Part shown: piece by piece, positions 11,794 through 21,975 of the stretch
Layout of the letters: each line of letters opens with the position of its first letter
Position numbering within the stretch: position 1 is the first letter of the stretch
Notes under the pieces: generated by a model
The model's input: the letters and a program-made list of their open reading frames with translations, nothing else
Database searches by the model: none
Told to the model about the DNA's origin: nothing
Assembly (NCBI GenBank): GCA_963803355.1
Contig: CAWDLV010000002.1
Location: 146,829 to 210,828 of the forward strand
Length of the DNA: 64,000 bases
Origin: an uncultured Acidimicrobiales bacterium
GTDB lineage: Bacteria > Actinomycetota > Acidimicrobiia > Acidimicrobiales > Ilumatobacteraceae
Reading direction: 5' to 3'
Translations under genes and position numbers: made by a program

Positions 11794-12976
11794 GCAGCGC
11801 CTCGCCGCGCCGGCCCGCCCCCGACCAGGATGGGTCCAGGCCCGAGCAGGTGAGCGGGCGATCGACGTCGGCCTCCCACAACAGCGCCGGCCGCTCCGCA
11901 TGCCAGCGCAGCGCCACGCCGACGCGACCGTGGGCGGTCGGGAGGCCGTAGCCCTCGGCCTCCTGCCCCAGCCATTGCTCCGGGAAGGGCGCCGGGAAGA
12001 GGTCGACCGCGTCGCGGCCGTCGATGGTGACTCGCCGCGCCGCCCACGCCAGGCCGAGCACGCCGTCGGGCGGGGCGACGGCGGTCGCCTCGACGGGCGG
12101 GAGCCGCCGCCGAGCGGCTCGCAGGTCCCACGCGGCACGGCGCTCCCCGGCGCCGTCGAAGACCTCCTCGGCTGCTGCCAGCCCGGCATCCGCCGTCCAG
12201 GGGAGGGCGGCGTCGGTGCGGTGTCGCCGTGCCAGCTGCTCCGCGGCCTGGGCGACCTCGGGCAGGAGTCGCTCCGGCGTCACGCCGAGCCGGGCCAGCT
12301 CGGCCACACCGACCAGGAAGGCCGAGGCGTCGAGGTCGGCGTCGCCATGGCCGCAGAGGAGCAGCTCGGCCCGCAAGGCGACGAACACCACCTCCGGGTC
12401 AGTGGCCGGGAGGACCAACCGCACGGCGTGGCTCGTCTGGACGGCCCAGCCGCGGGCCACCTCGTCCGCCGACGGGAGGCCGGCCGGCAACGTTCCCGCG
12501 CCCCGCCCGTCGTGGGAGAGCGCCAGCCGGACCGTGGCCCGATGAGCCACCGGCAGGCTGATGGCGCAAGCCGGGACCTCGACACCCTTGATCGGCACCG
12601 TGGCGGGCGGCCGCGCCGTCAGCACGTCGCGCCGGCTGACAACGACCGCGAAGGGCGACGGCGAGCAGTTCTCGATCTCGACGACGGTGAGGCCACCGTC
12701 GTGGCCGACGGCGTAGATGCGCTGCACGGCGTCACCCCCCGGCACCCGCACCGCGGTCTCGAGCACCGGCGCACCGCCGATGCGTCGCTGCCGGCAGGTG
12801 GGCTCCACGGACGGCGAGTGCCAGCGGTCGTCGGCCGCCACCCACCAGTCGAGAGTGGGCGAGCCGTCGGCGGGGACGAGCGCGCCCCACGGCGTGACCC
12901 GGCCCCGCCAGGTACCGCCGACGACCCCCACCGAGACACCCGCCGTCGCCGCGGGCGCGGCGGACGGCGTCGTCAC
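11765..12976 (-). CDS. Conserved hypothetical protein of about 403 aa.
   Basis: The GTG start at 12976 overlaps the gpsA stop. The protein-like composition continues to a stop at 11765, and the 3' end overlaps the GH38 3' end by about 28 nt (convergent). The 990-aa track ORF is a read-through into gpsA antisense. Confidence 0.45.
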   Translation of the reverse strand: MTTPSAAPAATAGVSVGVVGGTWRGRVTPWGALVPADGSPTLDWWVAADDRWHSPSVEPTCRQRRIGGAPVLETAVRVPGGDAVQRIYAVGHDGGLTVVEIENCSPSPFAVVVSRRDVLTARPPATVPIKGVEVPACAISLPVAHRATVRLALSHDGRGAGTLPAGLPSADEVARGWAVQTSHAVRLVLPATDPEVVFVALRAELLLCGHGDADLDASAFLVGVAELARLGVTPERLLPEVAQAAEQLARRHRTDAALPWTADAGLAAAEEVFDGAGERRAAWDLRAARRRLPPVEATAVAPPDGVLGLAWAARRVTIDGRDAVDLFPAPFPEQWLGQEAEGYGLPTAHGRVGVALRWHAERPALLWEADVDRPLTCSGLDPSWSGAGRRGEALLSPVRRAPR

Positions 12977-13980
12977 GGCTGCAGGCCGGCCAGCTCGGGC
13001 TTGGCGTCGCGCTGCATGAGGGCCATGAGGGCGTCGGCCGCGGTGCGGCCGTGGTGACACACCTCCACCACCTGCTCGGTGATCGGCATGTCGACGTCGT
13101 GGGTCTGAGCGAGGTCGAGCACCGCCCGACAGCTCTTGACCCCCTCGGCCACCATGTTCATCTCGGCCAGGATCTCCTCGATCGGACGCCCGAGCGCCAG
13201 CTCGTGGCCGACGGTGTTGTTGCGGCTCTGTCGCGACGAGCAGGTCGCGATCAGATCGCCCATGCCGGCCAGGCCGGCAAAGGTCAGCGACAGGCCGCCG
13301 AGCGCCACGCCGAGGCGGGTCATCTCGGCCAGACCGCGGGTGATGAGCGTGGCCCGGGTGTTGTCGCCGAAGCCCATGCCCTCGCACATCCCGGAGGCAA
13401 TGGCGATCACGTTCTTCACCACCCCGGCCACCTCGCAGCCGACCAGATCCGGGTTGGTGTAGACCCGCAGCCGCATGGTGGCGAAGATGCGTTGGAGCTC
13501 GCCGCCGATGATGTCGTCGTCGATGGCCACCACGCTCGCGGCGGGCTGACCGGCCAGCACCTCCTTGGCGAGGTTCGGCCCGGTCAGCACGGCCACCGGG
13601 TGCCCAGGCAGCACGTCGTTGACCACCTCGCTCATGCGCTTCAGGGTGCCGAGCTCGAGCCCCTTGGCCAAGCTGACCACGGGCACCCATGGGCGGACGT
13701 ACGGCGCGGCCTCGTCCAGGACCGACCGGAAGCCGTGTGACGGCGTAGCCATCACCACGACATCGGCCGAGCCGACGGCCGCGCCGAGGTCGTCGGTGGC
13801 CTGCAGCTGCGCGGGCAGGGTGAACGTCGGCAGGTAGTCGACGTTCACGTGGCCGTGGTTGATCTGGTCCGCCAGCTCCGGACGCCGGGCCCACAGGGTG
13901 GTCGGCGTGTTCTGCGCGGCCAGCGCGGCAACAGTGGTCCCCCACGAGCCGGCCCCGATGACGGCGACGCGGATCGGCAC
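12973..13980 (-). CDS. gpsA: NAD(P)H-dependent glycerol-3-phosphate dehydrogenase.
   Basis: MPIRVAVIGAGSWGTTVAALAA is a Rossmann fold. GpsA family conservation runs throughout the 335 aa. Confidence 0.9.
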   Translation of the reverse strand: MPIRVAVIGAGSWGTTVAALAAQNTPTTLWARRPELADQINHGHVNVDYLPTFTLPAQLQATDDLGAAVGSADVVVMATPSHGFRSVLDEAAPYVRPWVPVVSLAKGLELGTLKRMSEVVNDVLPGHPVAVLTGPNLAKEVLAGQPAASVVAIDDDIIGGELQRIFATMRLRVYTNPDLVGCEVAGVVKNVIAIASGMCEGMGFGDNTRATLITRGLAEMTRLGVALGGLSLTFAGLAGMGDLIATCSSRQSRNNTVGHELALGRPIEEILAEMNMVAEGVKSCRAVLDLAQTHDVDMPITEQVVEVCHHGRTAADALMALMQRDAKPELAGLQP

Positions 13981-14087
13981 CGGCGCAGCCTACGCGCCGG
14001 ACTCGACCGCCGACCGGGCCTGGGCGCCCGTGATCAGCCGCGGCCGGGCCGGAGCCGGGCGAGGGCCCGGCCGTAGACTCCCCGCGG

Positions 14088-14689
14088 TGCGCGCCGCCCT
14101 TCTCGTGCCGGTGAAGGGCTTCGGCGCCGCGAAGCGCCGCCTCGGCGGCGTGCTCACGGACGAAGGCCGCGCCGACCTCGCACGACGCATGGCCGAGCGG
14201 GTGGTGGCGGCCGCTGGCCGCCTGCCGGTCCACATCGTCTGCGACGACGACGCGGTCGCGGTGTGGGCCGAGAGCGTCGGCGCCCAGGTGCTGTGGCGTC
14301 CGGGGCACGGCCTGAACGGCGCCGTCGCCGATGGAGTCGCCTCCCTCGCCAAGCTCGGCTTCACCGACGTGGCGGTGGCGCACGCCGACCTCCCGCTCGC
14401 CGTCGCCCTCGAACGCGCCATCCTCCCCGGCCTCATCACGCTCGTCCCGGACCGCCACGACGTCGGCACGAACGTCATCGCGCTCCCGGCTGCGCTTCCC
14501 TTCCGCTTCGGCTACGGCGCCGCCTCGTTCCGGCGTCATCTCGCGGAAGCCCGGCGCCACGGCCTCGGCGTGCGGGTCTGGCGGGAGCCGGCCCTCGGGC
14601 TCGACGTCGATCTGCCGGAGGATCTCGCCGCGGAGCCGGTGAAGGAGGTGCTCGCGTGGCCAGCAACGACCCCGGTCAGCCCGGCCTGA
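14088..14689 (+). CDS. cofC: 2-phospho-L-lactate (phosphoenolpyruvate) guanylyltransferase CofC/FbiD, an F420 biosynthesis enzyme.
   Basis: The GTG start gives VRAALLVPVKGFGAAKRRL... A CofC-like GTNxIALP motif is present. It is divergent from gpsA, exactly as Rv2982c/Rv2983 (gpsA/fbiD) are in mycobacteria. Confidence 0.7.
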
Positions 14690-15420
14690 CCGGCGGTGGC
14701 ATCGCTTCTGTCGACCTGCCCACGCCCGAGCGAGCACTGGCGGTCGGTGCTCATCCCGACGACGTGGAGTTCGGCTGCGGTGGCACCCTCGCCAAGTGGG
14801 CGGCTGATGGTTGCGTTGTTCACCATCTGGTCTGCACCGACGGTTCCAAGGGCACGTGGGATCCGAAGGCCGACACCGCGGCGCTGGTGGTCGCCCGGCA
14901 GGCCGAGCAGCGCGCCGCCGCTCATGCGCTCGGCGCCACCGGCGAGGTGGTGTTCCTCGGTTGGCCCGACGGCGAGCTGGCGAGCGGCCTGCGCCAGCGC
15001 TGGGAGGTGGCCTACTGGATCCGCAAGCTGCGGCCGGACGTCGTGCTGGGTCACGATCCGTGGAAGCGCTACCGGCTCCACCCCGACCACCGCCACGCCG
15101 GCTTCCTCGTGTGCGACGGGGTGGTGGCTGCTCGCGACCCGCACTTCTTCCCCGAACAGGAGCTCCCCCACCACCGGCCGTCCTGTCTGCTGCTGTGGGA
15201 GGCGGACGAGCCCGATCATGCCGAGGATGTGAGTGCGATGGTCGACGTGAAGCTGGACGCGTTGGAGGCCCACCGCAGCCAGTTCGAGTCCACCATGCGG
15301 GCGCTCGACGAGGACCAGCTGACCGCCTTCCGGGAGCGCATCCGCAAGCGGCTGGCCGAGAACGGCGCCCGGGCCGGGCTGTCCGGAGCCGAGCTCTTCA
15401 AGCGCATCGCTGACCTCTGA
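14656..15420 (+). CDS. PIG-L (LmbE-like) family deacetylase, MshB/Mca-like.
   Basis: The [17 protein letters not shown] motif is present. A strong RBS (AAGGAGG) sits 7 nt before the GTG at 14656. The gene overlaps the cofC 3' end by 34 nt. Confidence 0.7.
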   Translation: MASNDPGQPGLTGGGIASVDLPTPERALAVGAHPDDVEFGCGGTLAKWAADGCVVHHLVCTDGSKGTWDPKADTAALVVARQAEQRAAAHALGATGEVVFLGWPDGELASGLRQRWEVAYWIRKLRPDVVLGHDPWKRYRLHPDHRHAGFLVCDGVVAARDPHFFPEQELPHHRPSCLLLWEADEPDHAEDVSAMVDVKLDALEAHRSQFESTMRALDEDQLTAFRERIRKRLAENGARAGLSGAELFKRIADL

Positions 15421-15493
15421 GCCGGTTCCTCCCGCCCCGCTCCGGACGTCGGTGCCCACGGCGTCCGCAGGCGTGCCGTTGCTGACGTCCGCG

Positions 15494-16276
15494 TCAGGCG
15501 GGCCGGCGGGCAGGCCGCCCCGGGCCGGGCGGGCCGGCGAAGGTCTGGGCGAGGCCGAGCCACTCGCGAGCCGCGAACCCCTCCGCCACCAGCGCGGTGT
15601 CGTCGGGGTGGCGTCGCTGGGTCACCACCAGGCAGAAGTCGAGCGCCGGTCCGGTGACCCTGCTCGCCGATCCGGCGTCGCCCGCGGTCCACGGCTCGCC
15701 GGACGGGAGCGACAGCCCGACGTACACGGGCTCGGTCGGCGGCTCGAGGCCGCGATTCGCGTAGGCGAAGTCGCGCGTCTGCACGCCGAGGTGGGCGACA
15801 TGGCGGAGCCGGTCAGTGGCCTGGTGTTCGACACCCAGAGCGTCCGCCACATCCTGCCCGTGAGCCCACGTCTCCATCAGCCGCGCCGTCGCGAAGGAGC
15901 GAGCGCTCATCGGCGGTCCGTACCAGGGGAGCCGGGTCCTCGGCTCCAGGGAGTGCAACACGGCGAGGAGCTCGGCCCGGCTGTCCCGCCACCACGACAA
16001 GAGCGCCGCCGGCACCAGCGCCCGGCCGGGTTCCACCGACAGGTCCCTCTGGTCGGAGGCGGCGCGCAGCAACTCGGCGACGCTGGAGGTGAACGCTTCA
16101 GCATCGGTGGCCGCCAGCACGGCAGCCCGGTCGTAGAAGCCGAGGTGGCTGATCTGGTCGCGAACCAGCCAGCCGGCCGCGGGTGTCTCCAGGTTCCAGG
16201 CTTCGGGAGGGAGCCCGTCCACCAGCTCGTCGAGGGCATCGTGCTCAGCGGCGAGGTCGGCGCAGATCTGCTCCAT
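15494..16276 (-). CDS. Mycothiol-dependent maleylpyruvate isomerase-like (DinB_2/MDMPI N-terminal domain family) protein.
   Basis: The ATG start at 16276 gives [19 protein letters not shown]...[11 protein letters not shown] second paralog lies at 62552..63358. Confidence 0.65.
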   Translation of the reverse strand: MEQICADLAAEHDALDELVDGLPPEAWNLETPAAGWLVRDQISHLGFYDRAAVLAATDAEAFTSSVAELLRAASDQRDLSVEPGRALVPAALLSWWRDSRAELLAVLHSLEPRTRLPWYGPPMSARSFATARLMETWAHGQDVADALGVEHQATDRLRHVAHLGVQTRDFAYANRGLEPPTEPVYVGLSLPSGEPWTAGDAGSASRVTGPALDFCLVVTQRRHPDDTALVAEGFAAREWLGLAQTFAGPPGPGRPARRPA

Positions 16277-16432
16277 ATCGACATCGTCGCAGGTCGGGCC
16301 GCCCCGGCTGCGGTCTCGCGACCGAGGTTGGCAATCCGGCACCGATCGGCCGCGCAAGCAGGGAGCCTCGAGGCTCCCCGCTGGCGTCATCCCTCTACGT
16401 CGAGCGTCGGCGACGACTCCCTCGAGCGGCTG

Positions 16433-17040
16433 TCAGGCTGTCTTCTTGGCCGGCGCCTTCTTGGCGGCGGCCTTCTTGGCCGGCGCCCTCTTCGCTGTGG
16501 CCTTCTTCGCCGGCGCCTTCTTGGCTGCGGCCTTCTTGGCCGGCGCCTTCTTCGCCGCCGCCCTCTTCGCCGGCGCCTTCTTGGCCGTCGACTTGCGGGC
16601 CGGAGCCTTCCTCGCCGCCGCCCTCTTCGCCGGCGCCTTCTTGGCCGTCGACTTGCGGGCGGTCGTCTTCTTGGCGGTCGTCTTCCTGGCCGCCGTCTTC
16701 TTGGCCGGAGCCTTCTTCGCTGTGGGCACTGTGTCCTCCGTCAGGGTTGGGGTATCAGCTTCTCGTCGGGTTCAGCTCGGCCTTGAGCACCGAGCTCGCA
16801 CTGAACTTCATCGCCGTCGATTCGGGGACCGCGACGGGTTGCGCCCGTCTGGGGGTTGCGACCGGTTCGGGCGGCTCGGGTAGTGGTGCTGAAGGAACCG
16901 AAGCCGGGCCACGAGACCTTCTCGCCGCTCTTCGCCGACGACACGACGATGTCGAAGAACGCGTCAACGGTCCGCTCCGCGTCTTGCTTCGTCGTGCCGG
17001 CCTTGTTCGCGATTGCCTCGATCAACTCGGCCTTGGTCAT
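16433..17040 (-). CDS. hupB: Histone-like DNA-binding protein HU (HupB/Hlp type) with a Lys/Ala-rich PAKKA-repeat C-terminal tail. It is interrupted by two apparent indels.
   Basis: The N-terminus is [33 protein letters not shown]...[21 protein letters not shown]. The C-terminal part of the HU fold ([23 protein letters not shown]) is in a second frame. The tail ([15 protein letters not shown]...[10 protein letters not shown]) is in a third frame. The RBS is GGAGGT. Confidence 0.8.
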
Positions 17041-17079
17041 GTTGGACGTCTACCTCCTGGATGCAGGGATGAAACTCAA

Positions 17080-17150
17080 GGGCATATGCGACAACGCGCG
17101 CGGCCACAAAGCAAGCATCCTGATAGTTGCATTTGCAATCATGGTTCTTG
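17080..17150. promoter_or_regulatory. AT-rich divergent promoter region between hupB (-) and the DUF429 gene (+), containing the palindrome TTGCAnTGCAA.
   Basis: There is a local GC drop (catcctgatagttgcatttgcaatcatggttcttgacg) and TTGCAT/TTGACG -35-like hexamers. It sits between two divergent starts. Confidence 0.3.
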
Positions 17151-17176
17151 ACGACGATCCGCGACCCCTCGCGTGG

Positions 17177-17882
17177 ATGATCCGTTCCGTGTCGAGAGCC
17201 CAACGTGGACACCGAGGAGCCACCTCCGGAACCATCGTCGGCATCGACGGCTGCCGCTCGGGCTGGGTCGTGGCCGGCGCGGAAGACGTGTTCGTGGTCG
17301 AGCGGCTGGACGTGATCGTTGCTGATGCAACTAGTCACCCTTGTCGGGGTTGACATGCCGATCGGACTACCGGAGTCGTGGGGTCGCCCGGCGGACGACG
17401 CCGCCCGCCGATTCCTCGGCCGGCGCGCCTCGACGGTGTTCCCGACTCCGCCCCGATCGCTGCTGGAGGCCACGACTTACGACCAAGCCAACGCGCTGTC
17501 CCGGCGGGAGCTCGGTCGGGGTCTGTCGCGCCAGACGTTCAACCTGTTCCCGAAGATCCGCGAGGTCGACGCGCTCATGGGCCCTGAGCACCGGTCGAAC
17601 GGCTGGTCGAGATCCACCCGGAGTGCGCCTTCGCGGTCATGGCCGGGCAAGCCCCTGCCGCCGAAGCGGACGGCCGACGGGGCGCCGGCTCCGGTGCGAG
17701 CTGCTCGCGGCTCCGGTACGGCGGAGTCGTCCATCACCGACCACTGCGGCGCTCAGCTGGACGACGTGCTCGACGCCTACGCCGTGCTCTGGTCGGCCGA
17801 GCGCTTCGCTCGCGGCGAGCACGTGTCCACGGGCCGGTGGAGCTCGACCGGCTCGGGCTTGCCCATGCGGATCGTCACGTGA
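17177..17882 (+). CDS. DUF429 (predicted RNase H-like) domain protein, frameshifted as sequenced.
   Basis: The motif IVGIDGCRSGWVVAG is present. It continues in another frame (VGVDMPIGLPESWGRP...FNLFPKIREVDALMGPEHR) and a third (GKPLPPKRTADG...DAYAVLWSAERFARGEHV). Confidence 0.6.
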
Positions 17883-18292
17883 GGGCGGCCCGGATGCGCG
17901 CCGCGTACGTCTGCCATCTCAGCCGCGCTCTCGTAGCGGACCCGGGGCCAGAAGAAGCCGCGCAGCCCGTCCTTGCGCCGGCGGGGGACGACGTGGACGT
18001 GAAGGTGGGGCACGCTCTGGCTGACGACGTTGTTCATGGCGACGAAGGACCCGTCGGCCTCCATGCCCGGCTTGCACCGCGACTGCGACCCGCTGCACCC
18101 GCTCGAAGAAGGGGCCGACGGCGGCCACCGGAAGATCGGCCAGCGTCTCGACGTGCCGTCGGGCACGACCAGCACGTGGCCCTTGAACACCGGGCCGGTG
18201 GTCGAGGAAGGCGCCACGGCCGCGTCGTCGGAAGCACCATCTGCCGCGGTCGCTGCCGCCGCCAGCACCTCGCAGAACACGCACGACGCCAT
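17875..18292 (-). CDS. HIT family hydrolase, frameshifted as sequenced.
   Basis: The N-terminus is MASCVFCEVLA...GHVLVVP. A second frame carries RHVETLADLPVAAVGPFFERVQRVAVAV. The histidine triad region is NNVVSQSVPHLHVHVVPRR. The tail is convergent and overlapping with the DUF429 gene. Confidence 0.7.
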
Positions 18293-18310
18293 CGGCGCAG
18301 TATCCCGCCG

Positions 18311-19760
18311 ATGAACGCCCTGCGTACGACCCGCCGACCATCCACCATCGTCACCACAGGCACACGGCTAGGACAGCGGCCGTCGCCATCGAACCGGCCC
18401 ACCCTGGAGCGTGATGCCCCGAAGACCTACGTGCTGGACACCTCGGTCCTCCTGTCCGATCCGAGGTCCTTCACCCGTTTCGAGGAGCACGAGGTGGTGG
18501 TGCCGCTCGTGGTGCTCACCGAGCTGGAGGCCAAGCGCAACCATCCCGAGCTGGGTTGGGCGGCCCGGCAGGCGCTGCGGGCGCTCGAGGACCTCCGGAC
18601 CGAGCACGGCACGCTCGTGCGGCCGCTCCCGGTCAACGACGCCGGCGGCACGCTGCGGGTCGAGATCAACCACCAGGAGCTGGCCGGCCTGCCGGCGGCG
18701 CTGCGCGCGAGGCCAACGACCACCGCATCCTCGCCGTCGCCCGCAACCTGGCCAACGAGGGCGCCGACGTCGCCATCGTCACCAAGGACCTGCCGCTGCG
18801 GCTCAAGGCGAGCATCGTCGGCCTGGCCGCCGACGAGTACCGCAACGAGCTGGTGGCCGACACCAGCTGGACCGGGCTTCGTCGAGCTCGACGTCGAGAC
18901 CGCGCTCATCGACGAGCTGTTCGAGCGACCGCGTCGTCGACCTCGCGGACGGCTCGCGACCTGCCCTGCCACACCGGCCTCGCGCTCCACGCCGGCTCGC
19001 AGTCGGCGCTCGGCGCGGGTCCGCGCCGACAAGCGGGTGCACCTCGTGCGGACCGACGCCGCGGTCTTCGACGTCCGCGGCCGATCGGCCGAGCAGCGCG
19101 TCGCCATCGACCTCCTGACCGACCCCGAGATCGGCATCGTCAGCCTCGGCGGCAACGCCGGCACCGGCAAGAGCGTGCTCGCGCTGGCGGCCGGGCTGGA
19201 GGCGGTGCTCGAGGCCCGCACGCACAAGCGGGTCGTGGTGTTCCGGCCGCTGTACTCGGTCGGCGGCCAGGAGCTCGGCTTCCTGCCCGGGCAGCGAGGC
19301 CGAGAAGATGGGGCCCGTGGGCGGCCGCCGTCATCGACGCCCTCGAGTCGGTGATGAGTCCGAGGTGATCGACGAGGTGATCGGCGCGGGACCTGCTCGA
19401 GGTGCTGCCGCTCACCCACATCCGGGGCCGCAGCCTCACGGACAGCTTCGTCGATCATCGACGAGGCCCAGAACCTCGAGCGCAGCGTGCTCCTCACCGC
19501 GCTCAGCCGCCTCGGCCGGGGCAGCCGGGTCGTGCTCACCCACGACGTGGCCCAGCGCGACAACCTTCGCGTCGGCCGCCACGACGGCGTGGTCTCGGTG
19601 ATCGAGGCGCTCAAGGGCCATCCGCTGTTCGCCCACATCACCCTGACCCGGTCCGAGCGCTCCGCCGATCGCCGCCCTCGTGACCGACCTGCTCGACGGC
19701 CCCCGGCCGAGCGTCCCGAGCCGGGACCGGTCGGTCTCGGCTGCCCCTGGTTAGTCGCGA
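18311..19760 (+). CDS. phoH2: PhoH2 (N-terminal PIN domain + PhoH ATPase), with multiple frameshifts as sequenced.
   Basis: The PIN part is [36 protein letters not shown]. The PhoH Walker A is [25 protein letters not shown]. Later motifs are [11 protein letters not shown] and [22 protein letters not shown]...[16 protein letters not shown]. The pieces are spread over at least 5 frames. Confidence 0.75.
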
Positions 19761-19800
19761 TTTAGTAGTAAAGACGGTTGAGCGACCGGTCGGATGGTGC
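19751..19800. promoter_or_regulatory. AT-rich patch upstream of the whiB-like gene; a candidate promoter.
   Basis: The sequence ttagtcgcgatttagtagtaaagacggttgagcgaccggtcggatggtgcctctacagt contains TTGAGC and TACAGT-like hexamers. It has conspicuously low GC in a 70%+ GC context. Confidence 0.3.
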
Positions 19801-19892
19801 CTCTACAGTCGGGCCAGAGCGGCGAGAGCCACCCCCTCCCGGTTCCCGCCGCTCCTTGGCTCAACGTCCCGCGCAACCCCCCGGAGGCATCG

Positions 19893-20216
19893 ATGGGCTC
19901 CATCGAGGCGTACCAGACTCCGCTGCAACGACGGACCGGTCCGCAAGCCGGGAGCCGTGGATGGACCGTGGCGTATGTGGCGGGCCAGACCCAGCTGTTC
20001 TTCCCACCCCGAGCGGAGCGGCCCCAGGCCCGGGTGCGGCGCGAGGCCCAGGCCCGGCTGCTGTGCCGGCGCTGCCCGGTCGAGGACGAATGCCGGGGCT
20101 TCGCCCGCACGAACCGCGAGTACGGGCTCTGGGGCGGCGAGTCGGAGGAGGAGCGCCACCTGGCCGGGTTCACGGTCGCCGCGCCGATCGGGGTGCGGGC
20201 CCGGGCCACGGCCTGA
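19893..20216 (+). CDS. WhiB-family (Wbl) transcription factor-like protein.
   Basis: It has LFFP followed by AQARLLCRRCPVEDECRGFARTNREYGLWGGESEEER, the C-terminal three Cys of the Wbl motif. The position of the first Cys reads AYVAG (Tyr), which may be a substitution or an error. Confidence 0.6.
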   Translation: MGSIEAYQTPLQRRTGPQAGSRGWTVAYVAGQTQLFFPPRAERPQARVRREAQARLLCRRCPVEDECRGFARTNREYGLWGGESEEERHLAGFTVAAPIGVRARATA

Positions 20217-20284
20217 CACTGAGCCTCCGGCGGCGAGCGCGGTCCGTGCACTTCGTAGCACCCCCCGCGTAGGGTCGAGCCGTG

Positions 20285-21006
20285 ATGACCGGACAGCGGC
20301 TACCGCCCGCGGGTGGGCGGCGCTGGAACGCCCGCTCGCTGCCAGTCCGGCGGCTGCCAGTCCCTCGGCTGCCAGTCCGGCACCCTGGCCCACCCTCGCC
20401 GGCTCGCTGGCCGAGGCTCGGTTCGCGGTGATCGACGTGGAGACGAGCGGGCTTCGCCCGGCCGCCACCGCCTGCTGCAGGTCGGGGTGGTGCGGGTGCT
20501 CGGCGACGGCACCGTGATCGACCGGTGGGATACGCTTGCTGCGGGCGCCCTGGCGGCCCCTCGGCGGCCGGCGACATCCACGGGCTCTCCCGGCGGACGC
20601 TGCGGGGCGCGCCCCGCCTGCGCCGGTCGCCGGCCAGCTGGCCGCGGCGCTCGACGGCTCGATCGTCTGCGCCCACAACGCCGAGCTTCGACTGGCTGTT
20701 CGTGTCCCGCGCGCTCCGAGCGGGCCGGCTATCCGCCGCCGGACGTCGCTGCGCCTGTGCACCCTGCGGCTGTCCCGCTCGCTCGACCCGGAGCGGCAGC
20801 GGTCGCACCGCCTCGGCCGACGTCTGCCTGCGCTACAGCGTCCCCCTCATCCGGGCCCACGACGCCGCGGCCGACGCCGCCGCCACCGCGGCCTGCTCCC
20901 GCTCCTCCTCGCCGAGGCCGGCATCACCGACCGTGGCAGGCTCGCGCCGTACCTCGCCGGCACCACGACGGCCTGGCCGGCGCCCATCGCGCCGGCGACG
21001 CCCTGA
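20285..21006 (+). CDS. DnaQ-like 3'-5' exonuclease (DEDDh) domain protein, with multiple frameshifts as sequenced.
   Basis: Exo I is FAVIDVETSGLRP. The remaining motifs are in other frames: LLQVGVVRVLGDGTVIDRWDTL, LDGSIVCAHNAEFDWLFV, and Exo III DVCLRYSVPLIRAHDAAADAAATAA. The N-terminus carries an (AASP)x3 repeat from a 15-bp tandem repeat at 20334..20378. Confidence 0.55.
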
Positions 21007-21016
21007 TTCCCTCCGC

Positions 21017-21975
21017 TCAGCGGTAGCGGGCCAGCACCCGGGCCGCCGCCTCGGCGCCGACGTCGCGCAGCTCCGGCGGGTCGAGCACCTCCGCCTCGGT
21101 CCCAGGCGCAGCAGCAGGCGCTCCAGCCAGCGGCGTGGACAGCACGGGCAGCTCGAGCCACCAGGTCGTCGCCCGTCGGGCGTCGTGCTCGATGACCGGG
21201 TAGCGCTCGGTGATCCACGCCGCCGTCCGGGGGTGATCCGGAGCCGGGCGACCGCGGCGTCGGCGAACTGCGGCCAGCCAGTCCGGCGGCCTCGCTGGCC
21301 GGCGGACGGCCGGTCGTGACCGGCTCGCCCGTCTCCCGCAGCGCCTCGATGCGGTCGACGCGGAACCAGCGCTCCTCGCCCGCGCGTGTGGTCGACCGCC
21401 TGGAGGTACCAGTGGCCGCGGTCGCCGACCACGGCCAGGGGGTCGATCACCCGCTCGGTCCGCTCGCCCCGGTTGGCCACGAAGTACGTCACCGCCAGCC
21501 GGCTGCTCCCCGTCGACCGCCTCGCGGGCCGCGTCGAGGAACGGCACGGCGGCGACGTCGATCCGCAGCACGGGCGGCACCGCCGAGGCCCGCGCGCGAC
21601 CTTGTCGAGGGCGCGGGCCAGCGGCCCGGTCGGGCTCGGCGCCGGGCAGCTGCGAGCGCGGCCCGCCCGGCGGCCACGAGCGAGAAGGCCTCCCGCGCCG
21701 TCATGCCGCAGCGGGCGGGTGAAGAGGCGGGGCACGCCGGCGTAGATCACGTCGTCGTCGACGAACAGGTCGATCATCTCGTCGACGTACGGCGGGAGGC
21801 CACACAGCGCGGCGAGCTCGACGTCGTGGATCAGCTGCTCCCGGCTGACCCCGAAGCGGGCGGCGGCCTCGTGCGACCGGCACCTGCCCTCGCTCCATCA
21901 GCCACGGCAGCAGGATCAGCAGGCGGCGGAGCCGGGTCGCCGGCGGGCTCCGGGCCGCGGCGGCGCGGCCGGGCT
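21017..21975 (-). CDS. pafC: PafC-like WYL-domain transcriptional regulator, frameshifted as sequenced. The start coordinate is approximate.
   Basis: The HTH region is RLRRLLILLPWLMERGQVPV...MIDLFVDDDVIYAGVPRLFTRPLR. The WYL domain is VTYFVANRGERTERVIDPLAVVGDRGHWYLQAVDHTRG. The C-terminus (ELRDVGAEAAARVLARYR*) ends at 21017. Confidence 0.6.

Noticed and set aside
9036-11951. 971-aa ORF, and the 11765..14737 990-aa ORF.
   Set aside because: Both are composite read-throughs. The real GH38 gene starts at the ATG at 9156 and continues after a frameshift. The 990-aa ORF fuses a real hypothetical gene (11765..12976) with the antisense of gpsA.
14263-15459. Alternative calls at the PIG-L locus: the plus-strand ORF extended to 14263, and the minus-strand 307-aa ORF 14536..15459.
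   Set aside because: The upstream extension is the cofC 3' end read in another frame. A strong RBS plus GTG at 14656 defines the PIG-L start. The minus-strand ORF is antisense junk.
20833-21016. ORF-track C-terminus of the pafC-frame ORF extending to 20833, which would overlap the exonuclease by 170 bp.
   Set aside because: The protein-like PafC C-terminus (ELRDVGAEAAARVLARYR*) is in another frame and stops at 21017. The 20833 extension is GC-rich junk produced by a frameshift.
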